64,000 nucleotides of DNA from Macrostomum lignano (GCA_002269645.1 NIVC01001326.1:243708-307707); one strand, 5' to 3'. Shown: positions 35,785 through 48,778, counted from the stretch's first letter. Program-made: numbers and translations. The notes: generated from the sequence alone by a model not told the origin.

Positions 35785-36782
35785 AGCGCCATTAGGGTTA
35801 GTGTATAAGCGCCATTAGGGTTACTGTATAAGCGCCAGTAGGGTTAGTGTATAAGCGCCATTGGGTTTAGTGTATCAGCGCCATTAGGGTTACTGTATAA
35901 GCGCCATTAGGGTTAGTGTATAAGCGCCATTAGGGTTACTGTATAAGCGCCATTGGGTTTAGTGTATAAGCGCCATTAGGGTTACTGTATAAGCGCCATT
36001 AGGATTACTGTGTAAGCGCTATTGGGTTAGAGTATAAGCGCCATTAGGGTTACTGTATAAGCGCCATTAGGGTTAGTGTATAAGTGCCATTAGGGTTACT
36101 GTATAAGCGCCAGTAGGGTTAGTGTATAAGCGCCATTGGGTTTAGTGTATCAGCGCCATTAGGGTTACTGTATAAGCGCCATTAGGGTTAGTGTATAAGC
36201 GCCATTAGGGTTACTGTATAAGCGCCATTAGGGTTAGTGTATAAGCGCCATTAGGGTTACTGTATAAGCGCCATTAAAGTTAGTGTATAAGCGCCATTGG
36301 GTTTAGTGTATAAGCGCCATTAGGGTTACTGTATAAGCGCCATTAGGATTACTGTGTAAGCGCTATTGGGTTAGTGTATAAGCGCCATTAGGGTTACTGT
36401 ATAAGCGCCATTAGGGTTAGTGTATAAGCGCCATTAGGGTTACTGTATAAGCGCCAGTAGGGTTAGTGTATAAGCGCCATTGGGTTTAGTGTATCAGCGC
36501 CATTAGGGTTACTGTATAAGCGCCATTAGGGTTAGTGTATAAGCGCCATTAGGGTTACTGTATAAGCGCCATTAGGGTTAGTGTATAAGCGCCATTAGGG
36601 TTACTGTATAAGCGCCATTAGGGTTAGTGTATAAGCGCCATTAGGGTTACTGTATAAGCGCCATTAGGGTTTAGTGTATAAGCGCCATTAGGGTTACTGT
36701 ATAAGCGCCATTAGGGTTAGTGTATAAGCGCCATTGGGGTTACTGTATAAGCGCCATTAGGGTTAGTGTATAAGCGCCATTA
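35785..36782 (+). repeat. 23-bp minisatellite containing a telomere motif (ttagggtta[g/c]tgtataagcgcca)
   Basis: Direct reading; the G and C variants largely alternate. Confidence 0.95.
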
Positions 36783-38313
36783 TGTATAAATGTTTCAATG
36801 TTTGTATGAATCTGGGGTGGTGTTACTGTCCAATCTGTATACATACAGACAACTCATTTTTAGTATATAAGGAAGTTATATTAAAAATTTTAAACAACTT
36901 ACTTTTGAGTAGTATAGGCTGAGCAAGTATGCCAAAACAGTTCGGGTTATTATGAGCCTATATATGATTTCAAATTTGGCTATAATTTTTTTGCTCTTCA
37001 AATGACATTAACTGTTAGTAACATTGTGCACAGTAGCTACAGAAATCCAGAAGGCAAGATATTGTAAATTGAATTTCTAAAATATTTAAAACTGCTTAGA
37101 ACTTTCGTTAGTTGATACGAGCGCAGCCTCAAGTGAAAATCACACGACCTTATACTCAGCAACATTGAAAAGTCGCCATTCTATATGCCAGTGAGCAGTT
37201 TCTCTTGGACTATTCTGAAATTGTGAGAAAACTGATCGGGGTGGCTTTAATCAGTCCAACTCTCGCACACCGCTCCCTTCACTTCATTCCTCAACTCAAG
37301 TCTGCCGCGGCGTAGCTGAGCTGCGTCACTCGCAAAGATTGAGAGACTGTACTTGCATTCTCAAAAGTGGCAACCACAGACGGAATCTTCTGTGATGGCG
37401 ACTTTCGATGTTGTTGAATAATATATTTTCGAACGTTGCTTCTTTCAACTTCAGCTATCCAAGGCCTCGAGTTTATACCAGAATACGTCTCTACCTACCA
37501 GTTTCCTACTTGAAGGCATTAAAAGAATGATATTAGCAAAAGTACGGGGCGTACTCTGGCCTAGACGTTACATTTGTTGAAACTTGGCAGTATAACAGAA
37601 ATAACACTCGTTGAAGAACCGGTTCTCCATCTAGTATTCGGATTCTGGGGACTGGAATGCGAGCATGACGAAATATGCAAAATATAGCTGCACCTCTCTT
37701 GGTGAAGTTGCCTTGCTTTGACAAACAATGGACTGCTGCACTCTCAGGCCCAAGGAGTCCTTTAGACAGAGTCTGGATTGACAATCAAAGGTTTGAATAG
37801 GGAGTATATAAGACCTTTGCTGCAACTTTGAGCAAACGTAAGAGAAGAGGGAGCGTCATTTCATACGGTATTAATTAACATTATTGTACCCTCGTAGGTG
37901 TGGCAAAATTCAGATTTCCAAACTAGATATCTAACTTGAGTTGTCCTTGGCAGAAGCAGTTGCTTCTGCCAGTCCACTTGAGCTTCTATCTAGAGAACAA
38001 CAATGAGTGCGCAGGTTTCAATTGCAATGGTGTACGCAATAAAATGTACACCAAAGCCGAGCCCTTGTCACTGTGTGCTTAAAAGTGATAAAAGCCAACA
38101 GCATGCCCGGGCCAACGCCGCCAGAACAGTTCCACGGCAAATCCGGGGGGTTCCGGGGGAAAATCCGGGGAGACAGAAACAGCCGCGGATTTGCCTTGAG
38201 TAGGCCGCGGGTTTGACGCGGAAATTATGGAAAAAAAATTAATATTGCCTACGAATGCAGGGCCCACTCAGAATGCCAGCTCCCTCGCTAATTGCAACTC
38301 AAGCAGCTCCGCA

Positions 38314-38844
38314 ATGCCGCAGATTCAAATCTTCATCATTTTCCTAGCCGCGTTCAGCGCCATTCCGGTTCAGCAAGCCGAGATCTGCTGTCCGACAGGC
38401 CAGTACCCGGACATGTTCGTCGACATCTGCGTCCACTGTCCGACTGACTGTCTGACCATCGAGGACAAAAATTCAAGCTCCACCGCGATGCTGTTGAGAA
38501 GCTTCTGCGCCGAGTTGCGAGCCTGCGGCTACTGCCTGACGGCCAGAGATCGGGCTGAGGGGCTGCAGGGGTCAGCAACTGCCGCTGGATGCGGTTGGAG
38601 ACGTCGGCACTCGAAGACGTCGTTGGATGCAACCGCTGATGCCGATGCTGCTGACGTGTCGTTGGTCAAGAAAGTGACGATGTGGAAAGTCTTATGCGCG
38701 ATCAGCCTGGCTACCTCAGCCGGAGCCGTTGCAGCTCTGGTCCTGCTGGTCATTGTACAGCGGCGCAGATGGCGGCAGCTTCCGGTGGATGACAAGAACG
38801 CCCAGCTGCCTCACCATGCCAGCAAGCAGCTTCTAGTAGTTTGA
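38314..38844 (+). CDS. Type I membrane protein with a single N-terminal Cys-rich domain, TNF-receptor-like (BCMA/TACI/Grindelwald type), 176 aa
   Basis: Signal peptide MPQIQIFIIFLAAFSAIPVQQA; CCPTGQYPDMFVDICVHCPTDC...FC...C, compared with TACI CPEEQYWDPLLGTCMSC; TM helix VLCAISLATSAGAVAALVLLVIV followed by RRRWR; short tail. Confidence 0.6.
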   Translation: MPQIQIFIIFLAAFSAIPVQQAEICCPTGQYPDMFVDICVHCPTDCLTIEDKNSSSTAMLLRSFCAELRACGYCLTARDRAEGLQGSATAAGCGWRRRHSKTSLDATADADAADVSLVKKVTMWKVLCAISLATSAGAVAALVLLVIVQRRRWRQLPVDDKNAQLPHHASKQLLVV

Positions 38845-39687
38845 CAAATTACTTTACGAAAAACATACTTATTTCATGCTTTCATTGTTAAAAATCTAAT
38901 AAATCATGAAGCAGTACGAACTGCATTGAATATATTGCCATTTTTGTATTGAAGCTTCTTGATCTCCGTTTTCTCTACTTTTCCATATCCGCTGTTTACT
39001 CTTCAGTATCCACCGTCTACTCTGCAGTACCTCTCTTCAGCATCTTTACTGTCTACTCTTCAGTATCTACTGCCTACTCTTCAGTATCTATTGTCTACTC
39101 CTCAGTAGCCGCTATCTACTATTTTTTATCATTCCATTTCCGCTATCTACTCGTCACAATCGAAATGATTGTTACAATAATAACGTCAGCCTTCAATTTG
39201 TTTGTCACCTGTCAAGTATATATTTAGCATAATGAAATAGCAGTGTGTACTTTCGAATCGAGCACTTTTGTTATAACTTATAAGTTTGCTGATTGAATTA
39301 CAAGCACATATCGCTGTGCACTTGAACTAATACGTACATGGTTTCGAGTTAATGTTTTGATTTCGATAAATTAATATGCAAATTTTGGTCACGGGTCATA
39401 TAGTCAGTCTTTCTGAGGCCTTCGAAAAGAAACCGGCAGTTTCGAGAATTACGTTGGCTGCTAATTAGCAAATATTGCTTGTATAGTTATGCGCATTCCC
39501 TTCCCTCAACAGGTTGCTCCTCTGCTGTAGATTAGCGATGAACGCAGGGTTAAAAATAGTAACCGATTGTTTTTGCTGAAAAAACACGTCACACCGACCC
39601 AACTTGCATAAAAAATGTCAGCGGAAGGTGAAATTCAGCATTGGCGCTATTGTAAACAGCACTGGAGTGACCCTGGCTGGCTAGAGA

Positions 39688-39728
<41 letters not shown>

Positions 39729-39918
39729 AGAAAACAAACCGCATTTGCCTAGAGCGATCTGGTCACAGAAGCACAATGAGCTGCCCAATGCCAGAGCAAA
39801 GGGCTATTTAAGTTCAGCTTGAGCAGGTCTTGCAACAACTCTCTCTCTCTCTCTCTCTGTCTCGCTGCTGCGCGCTTGTTTATCTGCTTTGATCCTCAAG
39901 CCAAAGCAGCAAACAGAA

Positions 39919-40458
39919 ATGGCCAAGTGCTGCCAGTTGATGCCCTGCTTTCCGCTCCGAGTGATCCGAGCATTCTCAGCCAAGGACCGCAGCCTGTACT
40001 GCCTGTTCCATGTGCTGCTCTGGTGCGGCCTGGTCGCCTTCTTTGCCTGCCTGTCGCTGTACGCAGTCGAGCGTGAGTACGTGTACTTCATCGTGCCGCT
40101 GCCCAGCATCTTTCTCATGTTCGCCGGCCTGTTCGGCTTCCGCTGGCTGGCCATTCGCAATAATGACAAATTCGAGCTGCACCATCGGCGACGGGGGCAT
40201 CGACGCGGCGTCGCTGGCGACGATGGCGAGTCCGGCTCGGTGCCGCACGGCAGCTTCCCGCCGCCGCCGCCGCTGTACGCGCTGGAGTACGACGGGCCAG
40301 TTTTCACCATCTACGGAGTGCTGGTGCCGCCGCCGACTTACGAGGAGGTGCAGGAGGTTGCGGCTGCGGCTGCTGCATCCGCCGTTGATCAGCCTCATCC
40401 GACGGCAGCACCAGCTAGCACCGAGGAAACTCCAATCACGAAAGCTTTGACAACTTAG
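39919..40458 (+). CDS. Two-TM protein with two cytosolic PPxY motifs, 179 aa, family not identified
   Basis: GC-rich intronless ORF with two hydrophobic helices, a basic stop-transfer segment, and PPPLY and PPPTY motifs. Confidence 0.7.
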   Translation: MAKCCQLMPCFPLRVIRAFSAKDRSLYCLFHVLLWCGLVAFFACLSLYAVEREYVYFIVPLPSIFLMFAGLFGFRWLAIRNNDKFELHHRRRGHRRGVAGDDGESGSVPHGSFPPPPPLYALEYDGPVFTIYGVLVPPPTYEEVQEVAAAAAASAVDQPHPTAAPASTEETPITKALTT

Positions 40459-41125
40459 GAAGAAACGCTGAAAAAAGACGCTTATAAACCCGCAGTCGAA
40501 CTGGTACAAGCATTTAACGTGATCGCGTCTCAGTATAAGCCAGTTGATTGTAAAATTCTTTTTTTTGAAAAATTCGATCAGTAAATTTCTTTTCCGGTTT
40601 CTAAGATGCTCAAGACGTTCTCATAAGCATGATTCGCGGTGCACATATTCGCCTATGTTCTCGATGTTTATTTTATTTTCCATTTTTATAGGCCCAAGTA
40701 TTCAATAGTGCTTGCTTTGTAAGACCTAACGGCCAATAAGCATTATTGCTCATGATCAGAATCTCTTTCGCTTACAAAAGTTTTTCTTAATCCACCTGAG
40801 CTTCTGCATTTTCTGTAACCCTTTTCATTTATGATTGTAATTAACTACCGATTCATCGCAGGGTGCCAATTTAAGGTTTCATTGACTTTTCTGGCACTTT
40901 TGTCACTGTACTAAAAATTATAGCGAATACTACGTTTTTTGTGATGCGTGTATAGTAATACATAGAGGTGATTACAACTAGGTAAACAGGGAGTGCAAGC
41001 CCTTCGTGCGGATGGGTGCACACGGGAAAGTGAGATCTTAGACAGAAAATACGTGAAAGTCCTAAATTTTCGATTAAAGGAACAACTACACGACTTGCAT
41101 AGAAAAGACGACTTAACGTGCATTA

Positions 41126-41308
41126 CAGGCGCGTCGCCACAGAGGGGGATAGGGGGGGGGGGGCATGTCCCCCTCAGTAAAAGCTCTCTCTCTCAAAAAC
41201 ACGACTCTCAGAAAATGGAAATGTAGGAATTTAGTCATTTACATGCACATGTTGAATTCTTGGTTCTTGGAATTCTTCCCAACCATAAAATCCATGGCGA
41301 CGCCCCTG
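41126..41308. mobile_element. Small hAT-like MITE (14-bp TIR, CAGG[C/G]GCGTCGCCA)
   Basis: caggcgcgtcgcca at 41126 and tggcgacgcccctg ending at 41308. No TSD is evident. Confidence 0.45.
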
Positions 41309-41331
41309 CACATATAAGTAGGTCTTACAGT

Positions 41332-41530
41332 ACAGGTGGGGCGGTGGGGTAGACAGGTGGGGCGGTGGGGGTAGACAGGTGGGGCGGTGGGGGTAGACAG
41401 GTGGGGCGGTGGGGGTAGACAGGTGGGGCGGTGGGGGTAGACAGGTGGGGCGGTGGGGGTAGACAGGTGGGGCGGTGGGGGTAGACAGGTGGGGCGGTGG
41501 GGGTAGACAGGTGGGGCGGTGGGGGTAGAC
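41332..41530 (+). repeat. 22-bp G-rich minisatellite (gacaggtggggcggtgggggta)
   Basis: Direct reading. Confidence 0.95.
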
Positions 41531-42411
41531 GTGTTTGACTCTCGAGCCACGATCCCAAGCCATTTTTCCTCCCGTCGAACTACCAATGCCATGCAAGGAG
41601 AGAATTCACCCAGACATTTTTGCTGCGCTGGAACAAAGCAACGCAGGCACACGAAATTCAATAATTTTTTCTTGCACACCATCTAAAGCAATAATCAATT
41701 TCAAGTCGCCATCCCTCCGGACCGTCCAGATTTTCAATAATTCCGCCAGAAGGTCAAATTTCAGCGCTAGTGGTATTGGAAACCAATCAGCCCTGCGCCT
41801 TAGGAGGCCAAGCCTCCAAATTTCATCAGCACGTCGACCACGCGTGTTTGCATCAGCTCTGACTTGGTTAGTCAAAGTCACCCAGCATTCACCCAGGCGG
41901 AGCTTCTGTACCTTCAACAGGTGGCATCAGGTGACTACATGTATGATGAACACTCCTCCATTGCGAATTTCTCTGATGTTTCTGATAAAGCCTCAATCAC
42001 AGAATACTGTACAAGCCTCAACTGTTGGGTATCCTCAACTTAGTCTCTCAAGCATTCGGTCATCATCCAGACGCCGTCGGCTCCTTCAACGGCCGTGACA
42101 CCAGGTGACTATGGACACCCTGTTGAATCTATGTGTTGGATTTTTTATCAAGCCTCGTCATAAAATACTATACAATTTTCTAAACGAAAAGCGTAATGTA
42201 TTTTTTCTGTAAAACACGCAGCTGCCTCCCAAAATTTTCCAAGAAACGTACGTGTAGTTTCCAGCCTGTCTGTACTTGAGTAGTCCTTCTTTGTGTCCTT
42301 GAGCAAGACAATTAAGTCGGCGCTTCAGTTCATCCAGCTGTAAAATATATAGCTACATGTACAAGCATTAGCAGGGGTATTGAGGGTGTTATTTACTATC
42401 CCATAAGCTTA

Positions 42412-42640
42412 GGGGTTGTGGCCTGTTAGTTAGAGCGTACGATTGAAATTATATAAATCGATTCGATTGAAAAGTATATTCGATTCGATTATTCGATTAG
42501 AACTAAAACAATTTGTACGTGTCCTTGGGCAAGGCACTTAACTCTGCATTGCTTCAGTTCACACAACTGGAAAATCGGTACCAGCATTAGCTGGTGTAAT
42601 TGAGGTTGTTGTGACGATTATGACGACACAGTCCCAGGAT
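42412..42640 (+). mobile_element. tRNA-derived CORE-like SINE (family 1, copy B), with the head disrupted by ttcga repeats
   Basis: Head ggggttgtggcctgttagttagagcg, then gtgtccttgggcaaggcacttaactctgcattgcttcagttcac..ctggaaaatcggtacc, which resembles the CORE consensus and copy A at 6433. Confidence 0.6.
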
Positions 42641-44275
42641 CAAATGACGAAGACGAATAACGGAGGCAATTTGTGTAGCGGTAGCACTCATACAATGGCG
42701 ATGCGATGGCGATTATTTATTATGGTTAAATAGGCTCGCTCGCTATAGATTCCAGTCGGCAATAAAGAGACTGGGCCTGATTGGAAGCTGAATCCGTAAC
42801 TATGGTAAAGTTACGTAACGTAACTTTGGGCACTGCGGCAGGCAACAATAATGGTGATGGATAGCTAAATAGGCTACGGGCGATGGAGTGGTGATGATAT
42901 GATGGCAATGAGATAGGATAGAGGCAGCACTCTCTCTGGCTTGAACTTGGCAGTGGCGTGGCTTGAACTTGGGCGGAGTGAACTTGGCGGAGTGAACTTG
43001 GCGGAGTGAACTTGGGCGGAGTGAACTTGGCGAAGTGAACTTGGCGAAGTGAACTTGGCGAAGTGAACTTGGCGGAGTGAACTTGGGCGGAGTGAACTTG
43101 GCGGAGTGAACTTGGGCGGAGTGAACTTGGGCGGAGTGAACTTGGTGGAGTGAACTTGGCGGAGTGAACTTGGTGGAGTGAACTTGGTGGAGTGAACTTG
43201 GCGGAGTGAACTTGGGCGGAGTGAACTTGGCGAAGTGAACTTGGCGGAGTGAACTTGGGCGGAGTGAACTTGGCGGAGTGAACTTGGCGGAATGAACTTG
43301 GCGGAGTGAACTTGGCGGAGTGAACTTGGGCGGAGTGAACTTGGCGGAGTGAACTTGGCGGAGTGAACTTGGCGGAGTGAACTTGGCGGAGTGAACTTGG
43401 CGGAGTGAACTTGGCGGAGTGAACTTGGCAGAGTGAACTTGGCCGAGGCGGAGAGAGAGAGAGCGCGGGCCGGAAAACAAAAGAGGGTCAACCCCGGGCG
43501 CCCCAGCCAGACAGGACTGTGTGACGTTGTCAGTTGAGGTGGCCCCGACAAGGGCCGTTTTAGCGAAAGCAGTGCCATATAATGTCTGTTTTCAAGTTGG
43601 TTTTCAAGCCGGCCAATAGGAAAGTTGCGCATATTTTATGTTAAGTCCGGATTATGCTTTGTTGTGCGCCCACCCCAACCCGCTCGTTAACATGTAAGTC
43701 CTGTCTAGCTGGCGCGCCCGGGGTTGGCTTGTTTCTTGGTTCTTGTTTTGTTCTTGTTTACCGACCGGCGCTCTCTCTCTCCCCGCCTCGGCCAAGTTCA
43801 CCCCGGCAAATTCAAGCCACGCCACTGCCCCGAGTGGGGATCACGCCACACTTCCACCGCCGCCACTTCGCGGCACTTCTCCATAGTTCTACACCATTGC
43901 CATCATTCCTTCGCCACTTATCGCCGTAGCCTATAGCTATCCATTACCATTATTGTTGCCTGCCGCAGTGCCCAAAGTATCATAGTTCGGATTCAGCGCC
44001 AAATCAGGCCCAGTCCCACTATTACATTGCCGACTGGGATCTATAGCGAGCGAGTCTATCTAACCATAATAAATAATCGATAACATAACAACTACATGTA
44101 AGCCTGAGTGCTACCGCTACTTCACAAATCGCCTCCGTTATTCGTCTTCGTCATTTGACCGTGTCGTCCTTAATCGTCACAAATGATTAACGAGCGGGCT
44201 GGGGGTGGGCGCACAAGGAAAGCTTAATTTTAGGCTAGCATAAAATATGCGCGGCCTTCCTATTGGCCGACGAGA
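42620..44275. repeat. Inverted, circularly permuted duplication of a 600-700-bp unit; one copy holds an expanded 14-bp array (gtgaacttggcgga, 42955-43442)
   Basis: 42620-43540 is the reverse complement of 43695-44185, and 43611-43690 is the reverse complement of 44187-44270. Confidence 0.8.
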
Positions 44276-45761
44276 ATTAAATGCCTGCATTGCCTCCCCT
44301 ATGCTTAGTAAGTCTTAATAAAGAGATTTACCCGATCAAACGTTTGGATAGTAACTGCATACCAAATGCATATTTGGGGGGGGGGCAAATTGCAGACAGA
44401 ATCTAGCTGCCAAAATGCTCTGCAGGAAAAAAGCATTGCGGGCAAATCTCCGCGGGAAAAGCTCGGCTGGCAAATCTCGACGGGCAAATCTCCTGCGGGC
44501 AAATCTCGGAGGGAATTTCGTCTGGGGGAAATTCTCATGGACCCAAAGATTCCATAGATTCCCAAAAGGACGTCCTTGCAGGATCCCCACTAAATTGCAT
44601 GCGGCAAATGATCCTTGTAAAGACAGACTGTCGGTAAGCAGAATTTGCAATTGAAGGAGAAGGTTCAGTCCAATACTTGAATGAAAAGTTTTAATCGTTT
44701 TTAGATGTTTCTTCTTTAAAATATAGCATTTTTAAATTTTTATATGGTTAGCCTATGCCACAAAAATTGTTACACTGAGTGTTTGTTTTGTTGGACCATT
44801 TTGAACGGACGACTTGAATTTAATTTCACCCACGTGCTCGTCGTAACGTAATTCTGACGTTGTCGTTCTCAAGACCTCAAGTGCTAGTGCTAGTGCTAGT
44901 GCCAGCTTAGGTAGGTGTAGCAGCTAGCTTAGGTAGGTCTAGTATAGATATGCTTCTATAGCTACTCCAAATCCATCAATATTTTGTCCCAATTACTGTT
45001 AAAAATGATAATACTTAATAGCACTTGAATACTCCAGAGTTATCTTACAGAGGTTTGCCAAAATGTACAATTTTCTAATAGAGGATAGACCTGTTTATTA
45101 CATAAATCAAATTGTATAGGCCTACATTCTATGGTTATGCTGCCTATTGTCTTTGGAATGAAATTAAATAACTTCTAAATAGGTTTAATTTTATGGAAGA
45201 TCATTTTAGAATCAGGAGTGTCCATTCTATTCAATGTCCCTATGAGCAATATGTTAATATATTGGTGCAATAGGCCTATCTGGTCTAGTCTGGATTCTGG
45301 ATTTTCATTAGCCATGTGACTTAATTTTGACTAAAAATGCAACTTAGTTGTGCAATTTACCAAATAAAAAATTGTTAGTTTGCCAAAAAGTAAAAATGTG
45401 GCAATAGGGCCTAAATCATCAATTTTTCTGATATCCTTGGTTGGTCTACCATAATTTATACTAGTCCCCCAGGTCTAGCTAGATTAGCTAGTTCTGTTCT
45501 GTTCTGCTATTAGGCTTAGTTTTGAATAATGAATGAATAAGCATTAAACCTTATTAGGTATTTGGGTATACTCCTTTCTTATATTTATAAGGTAGGCCTT
45601 ACCATTTTACAAATAATAAAAAAATATAAACAGGCCTACTCTTCTTACTATTTGCCTATTAGAATTTAGATGTTTAGCTTCTCAAATATTTTTTGCTTAT
45701 AAACATTTTTATATTAGGCCTATGGCATTTTTGATTCTCAGTTTAATATATGCTTAGGCGC

Positions 45762-45907
45762 AACCTAGGGATTCACCTAGCCATTTCTATTGGCAACACA
45801 CACATAAGTTGCTACTGGACAGAATAGTAGTCACGTGACTGCTCTCAGCCAATAGTGACTTACATGTGTGTGTTGCCAATAAAAAAGGCCAAGTGATTCC
45901 CAAGGTT
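45762..45907. mobile_element. About 145-bp palindromic (hairpin) MITE-like element
   Basis: Arms of about 50 bp (aacctagggattcacctagccatttctattggcaacacacacataag and its reverse complement) flank a central gtcacgtgac. Confidence 0.65.
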
Positions 45908-47387
45908 ACACATGTATGGTTTAATATATCATATTATAAGTAAGCTAATCTTGCAAAGATAATAAGTTTTCAAAGAAGAGAAAATAAGCTATTTTATTGA
46001 TTTTTTCGATTAAAAAAGATACCAATTCTTTAAAAAATATACCCTATAAATTCTAAGATTTTTTGACTAAAACCCCAGGGTCCCCTAGTAAAGAATATGT
46101 AGATATAAAAAATATATTTATCAAACATTTCAAACCAAAAGAAAGCTATAGATATAATGTATTAGTTTGACCATATATATTTTTTGACTATATATTTGAC
46201 TATAAAACTATTGATATAGTAATACTAATAGTATCATATAGTGTAAGATTTACTTATAGAAAAAATATAAAAAGTAAAAATAATGCTAAATATCACCCTA
46301 AAAATTATGATTTGATAGACTATTTATCTGTTATCATATTTATTTATCTATATGCTTATCTATTTATCCTAGCTGTCTTCTTAAATGCTTAAACATTTGC
46401 TTGCTTGTTTGCCTGTCTGTCTGTCTATTTATTTGTTTATCTATCTATTTGTCTATTTGTCTATCTATCTATTTGTCTGTTTGTATTTATACTAGTCTAT
46501 TTGTCAGTCTATTTATCTATCAATTTGTCTGTTTATTTGCTATATAAATTTTGTTAGATAAAATTTCTGCAATATTTTGATCACAACTCACAAGTAGCTT
46601 GAAACTCACCATAGGATACTACTATCAGCAATTGAAGTAGATATGCAGTTTAGTCAGCTTTGACAAAAAGTCATTATTGAATAATAAGAACTCTTTTGTT
46701 AAAAAGAGTCTTGCTAATATAAATATATATACTCTGCCACAACAGATTATAATGAATTTTATTTAAAAACTTCTCAAAATACAATTTTTACTTCAATTGT
46801 TTTTCTAGGGTCTCAAAGTGCCTTAAACCTAATGCTCAGACTCCAAAAAAATTTAGGGTCCCCAGGAAAGGCTCCTTAGGGTTGATGTCCCTATTTTCAA
46901 TGTTTTATAAGTATTACTATCAAGGGCCTTGAGAGCCTTGCAAAGGCAGAGTTTTTGCTCTAATCTTTTTTGCTTTTTATTGCTTTGATTGACACTATAT
47001 TAGGCTAGATTTTAGGCTATGTTTCATTAGGATGATTATAGCATTTCAATTTCAACTAGCCTCAAGGTAACTAGATTGTTTTTTATATTTTTATAGTTGA
47101 CCTCTTTAGCAATTTCATTATCTATTGTTATATACTACAATTCACTTTTTTCCTTAATCCTTTTTGGCTCATTAATCATTTCTTTGATTAATTATAATTT
47201 TGTTTTATAGCTCTTTTAAGTAGGCCTGGGCCTAGTTCTAGGCCTATCCCTTTCAAGAGTGTATATACATACATTTTCCAATCATGGCATATCCAAAGGC
47301 CCTTAATACTATTTTATTTTTTAAGATTCTAGTTAGTAACTATTTCTATAGCTAAGGTATAGCTACTTTGTTTACTTGTGCAACATA

Positions 47388-48452
47388 AGACTGGGGAGTC
47401 AGTTGAAGACATTGGGGAGTCAGTTTAAGACACTGGGGAGTCAGTTTAAGACACTGGGGAGTCAGTTTAAGACACTGGGGAGTCAGTTGGAGACACTGGG
47501 GAGTCAGTTGGAGACACTGGGGAGTCAGTTTAAGACACTGGGGAGTCAGTTGGAGACACTGGGGAGTCAATTGGAGACACTGGGGAGTCAGTTTAAGACA
47601 CTGGGGAGTCAGTTTAAGACACTGGGGAGTCAGTTGGAGACACTGGAGAGTCAATTGGAGACACTGGGGAGTCAGTTGAAGACACTGGGGAGTCAGTTGG
47701 AGACACTGGGGAGTCAGTTGGAGACACTGGGGAGTCAGTTGAAGACACTGGGGAGTCAGTTTAAGACACTGGGGAGTCAGTTTAAGACACTGGGGAGTCA
47801 GTTTTAGACACTGGGGAGTCAGTTGGAGACACTGGGGAGTCAGTTGGAGACACTAAGGGAGTCAGTTTTAGACACTGGGGAGTCAGTTGGAGACACTGGG
47901 GAGTCAGTTGGAGACACTAAGGGAGTCAGTTGGAGACACTGGGGAGTCAGTTGGAGACACTGGGGAGTCAGTTGGAGACACTGGGGAGTCAGTTTAAGAC
48001 ACTGGGGAGTCAGTTGAAGACACTGGGGAGTCAGTTGGAGACACTGGGGAGTCAGTTGGAGACACTGGGGAGTCAGTTGGAGACACTAAGGGAGTCAGTT
48101 GGAGACACTGGGGAGTCAGTTGGAGACACTGGGGAGTCAGTTGGAGACACTGGGGAGTCAGTTTAAGACACTGGGGAGTCAGTTGAAGACACTGGGGAGT
48201 CAGTTGGAGACACTGGGGAGTCAGTTGGAGACACTGGGGAGTCAGTTGGAGACACTGGGGAGTCAGTTGGAGACACTGGGGAGTCAGTTTAAGACACTGG
48301 GGAGTCAGTTGGAGACACTGGGGAGTCAGTTGGAGACACTGGGGAGTCAGTTGGAGACACTGGGGAGTCAGTTGGAGACACTGGGGAGTCAGTTTAAGAC
48401 ACTGGGGAGTCAGTTGAAGACACTGGGGAGTCAGTTGGAGACACTGGGGACA
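47388..48452 (+). repeat. 21-bp minisatellite (gacactggggagtcagttgga)
   Basis: Direct reading. Confidence 0.95.
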
Positions 48453-48778
48453 CTGGTGATGACGTAAGTCTGAATTTAGATCTAAGAGTGTATGTAGAAA
48501 TAGTTCCGGGGATTAGAATTCAGCAGGTTTAAAATCCGCGGGTTTCAACAGCTTGTTAATATAGTCTAAAATCTTTCATGTAGTGGCACTGTCAATCCGA
48601 GTGTCTATGGTTAGCAATAGTTACTTTTACACTGCACAGAGCTTTGAAGTTGAGTTTGAAACCTTTAATACTTTAAACTTTGGTCTTCGTCAGTCTATTT
48701 GCGATTTAAAATAATTAAATAAGTTTTGCAGACACACCCTCGAGTCCCGTCAGCGTCGGCGAAAAAAAGAGATTAAGC

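Noticed and set aside
37130-37830. Possible LINE remnant (ILYASE-like peptide)
   Set aside because: The similarity is limited to a few residues in a stop-ridden frame and is not supportable by eye.
41535-42098. ORFs 41535-42098 (+) and 41606-41917 (-) as a gene or retroelement fragment
   Set aside because: No recognisable motif or splice structure; left unassigned.
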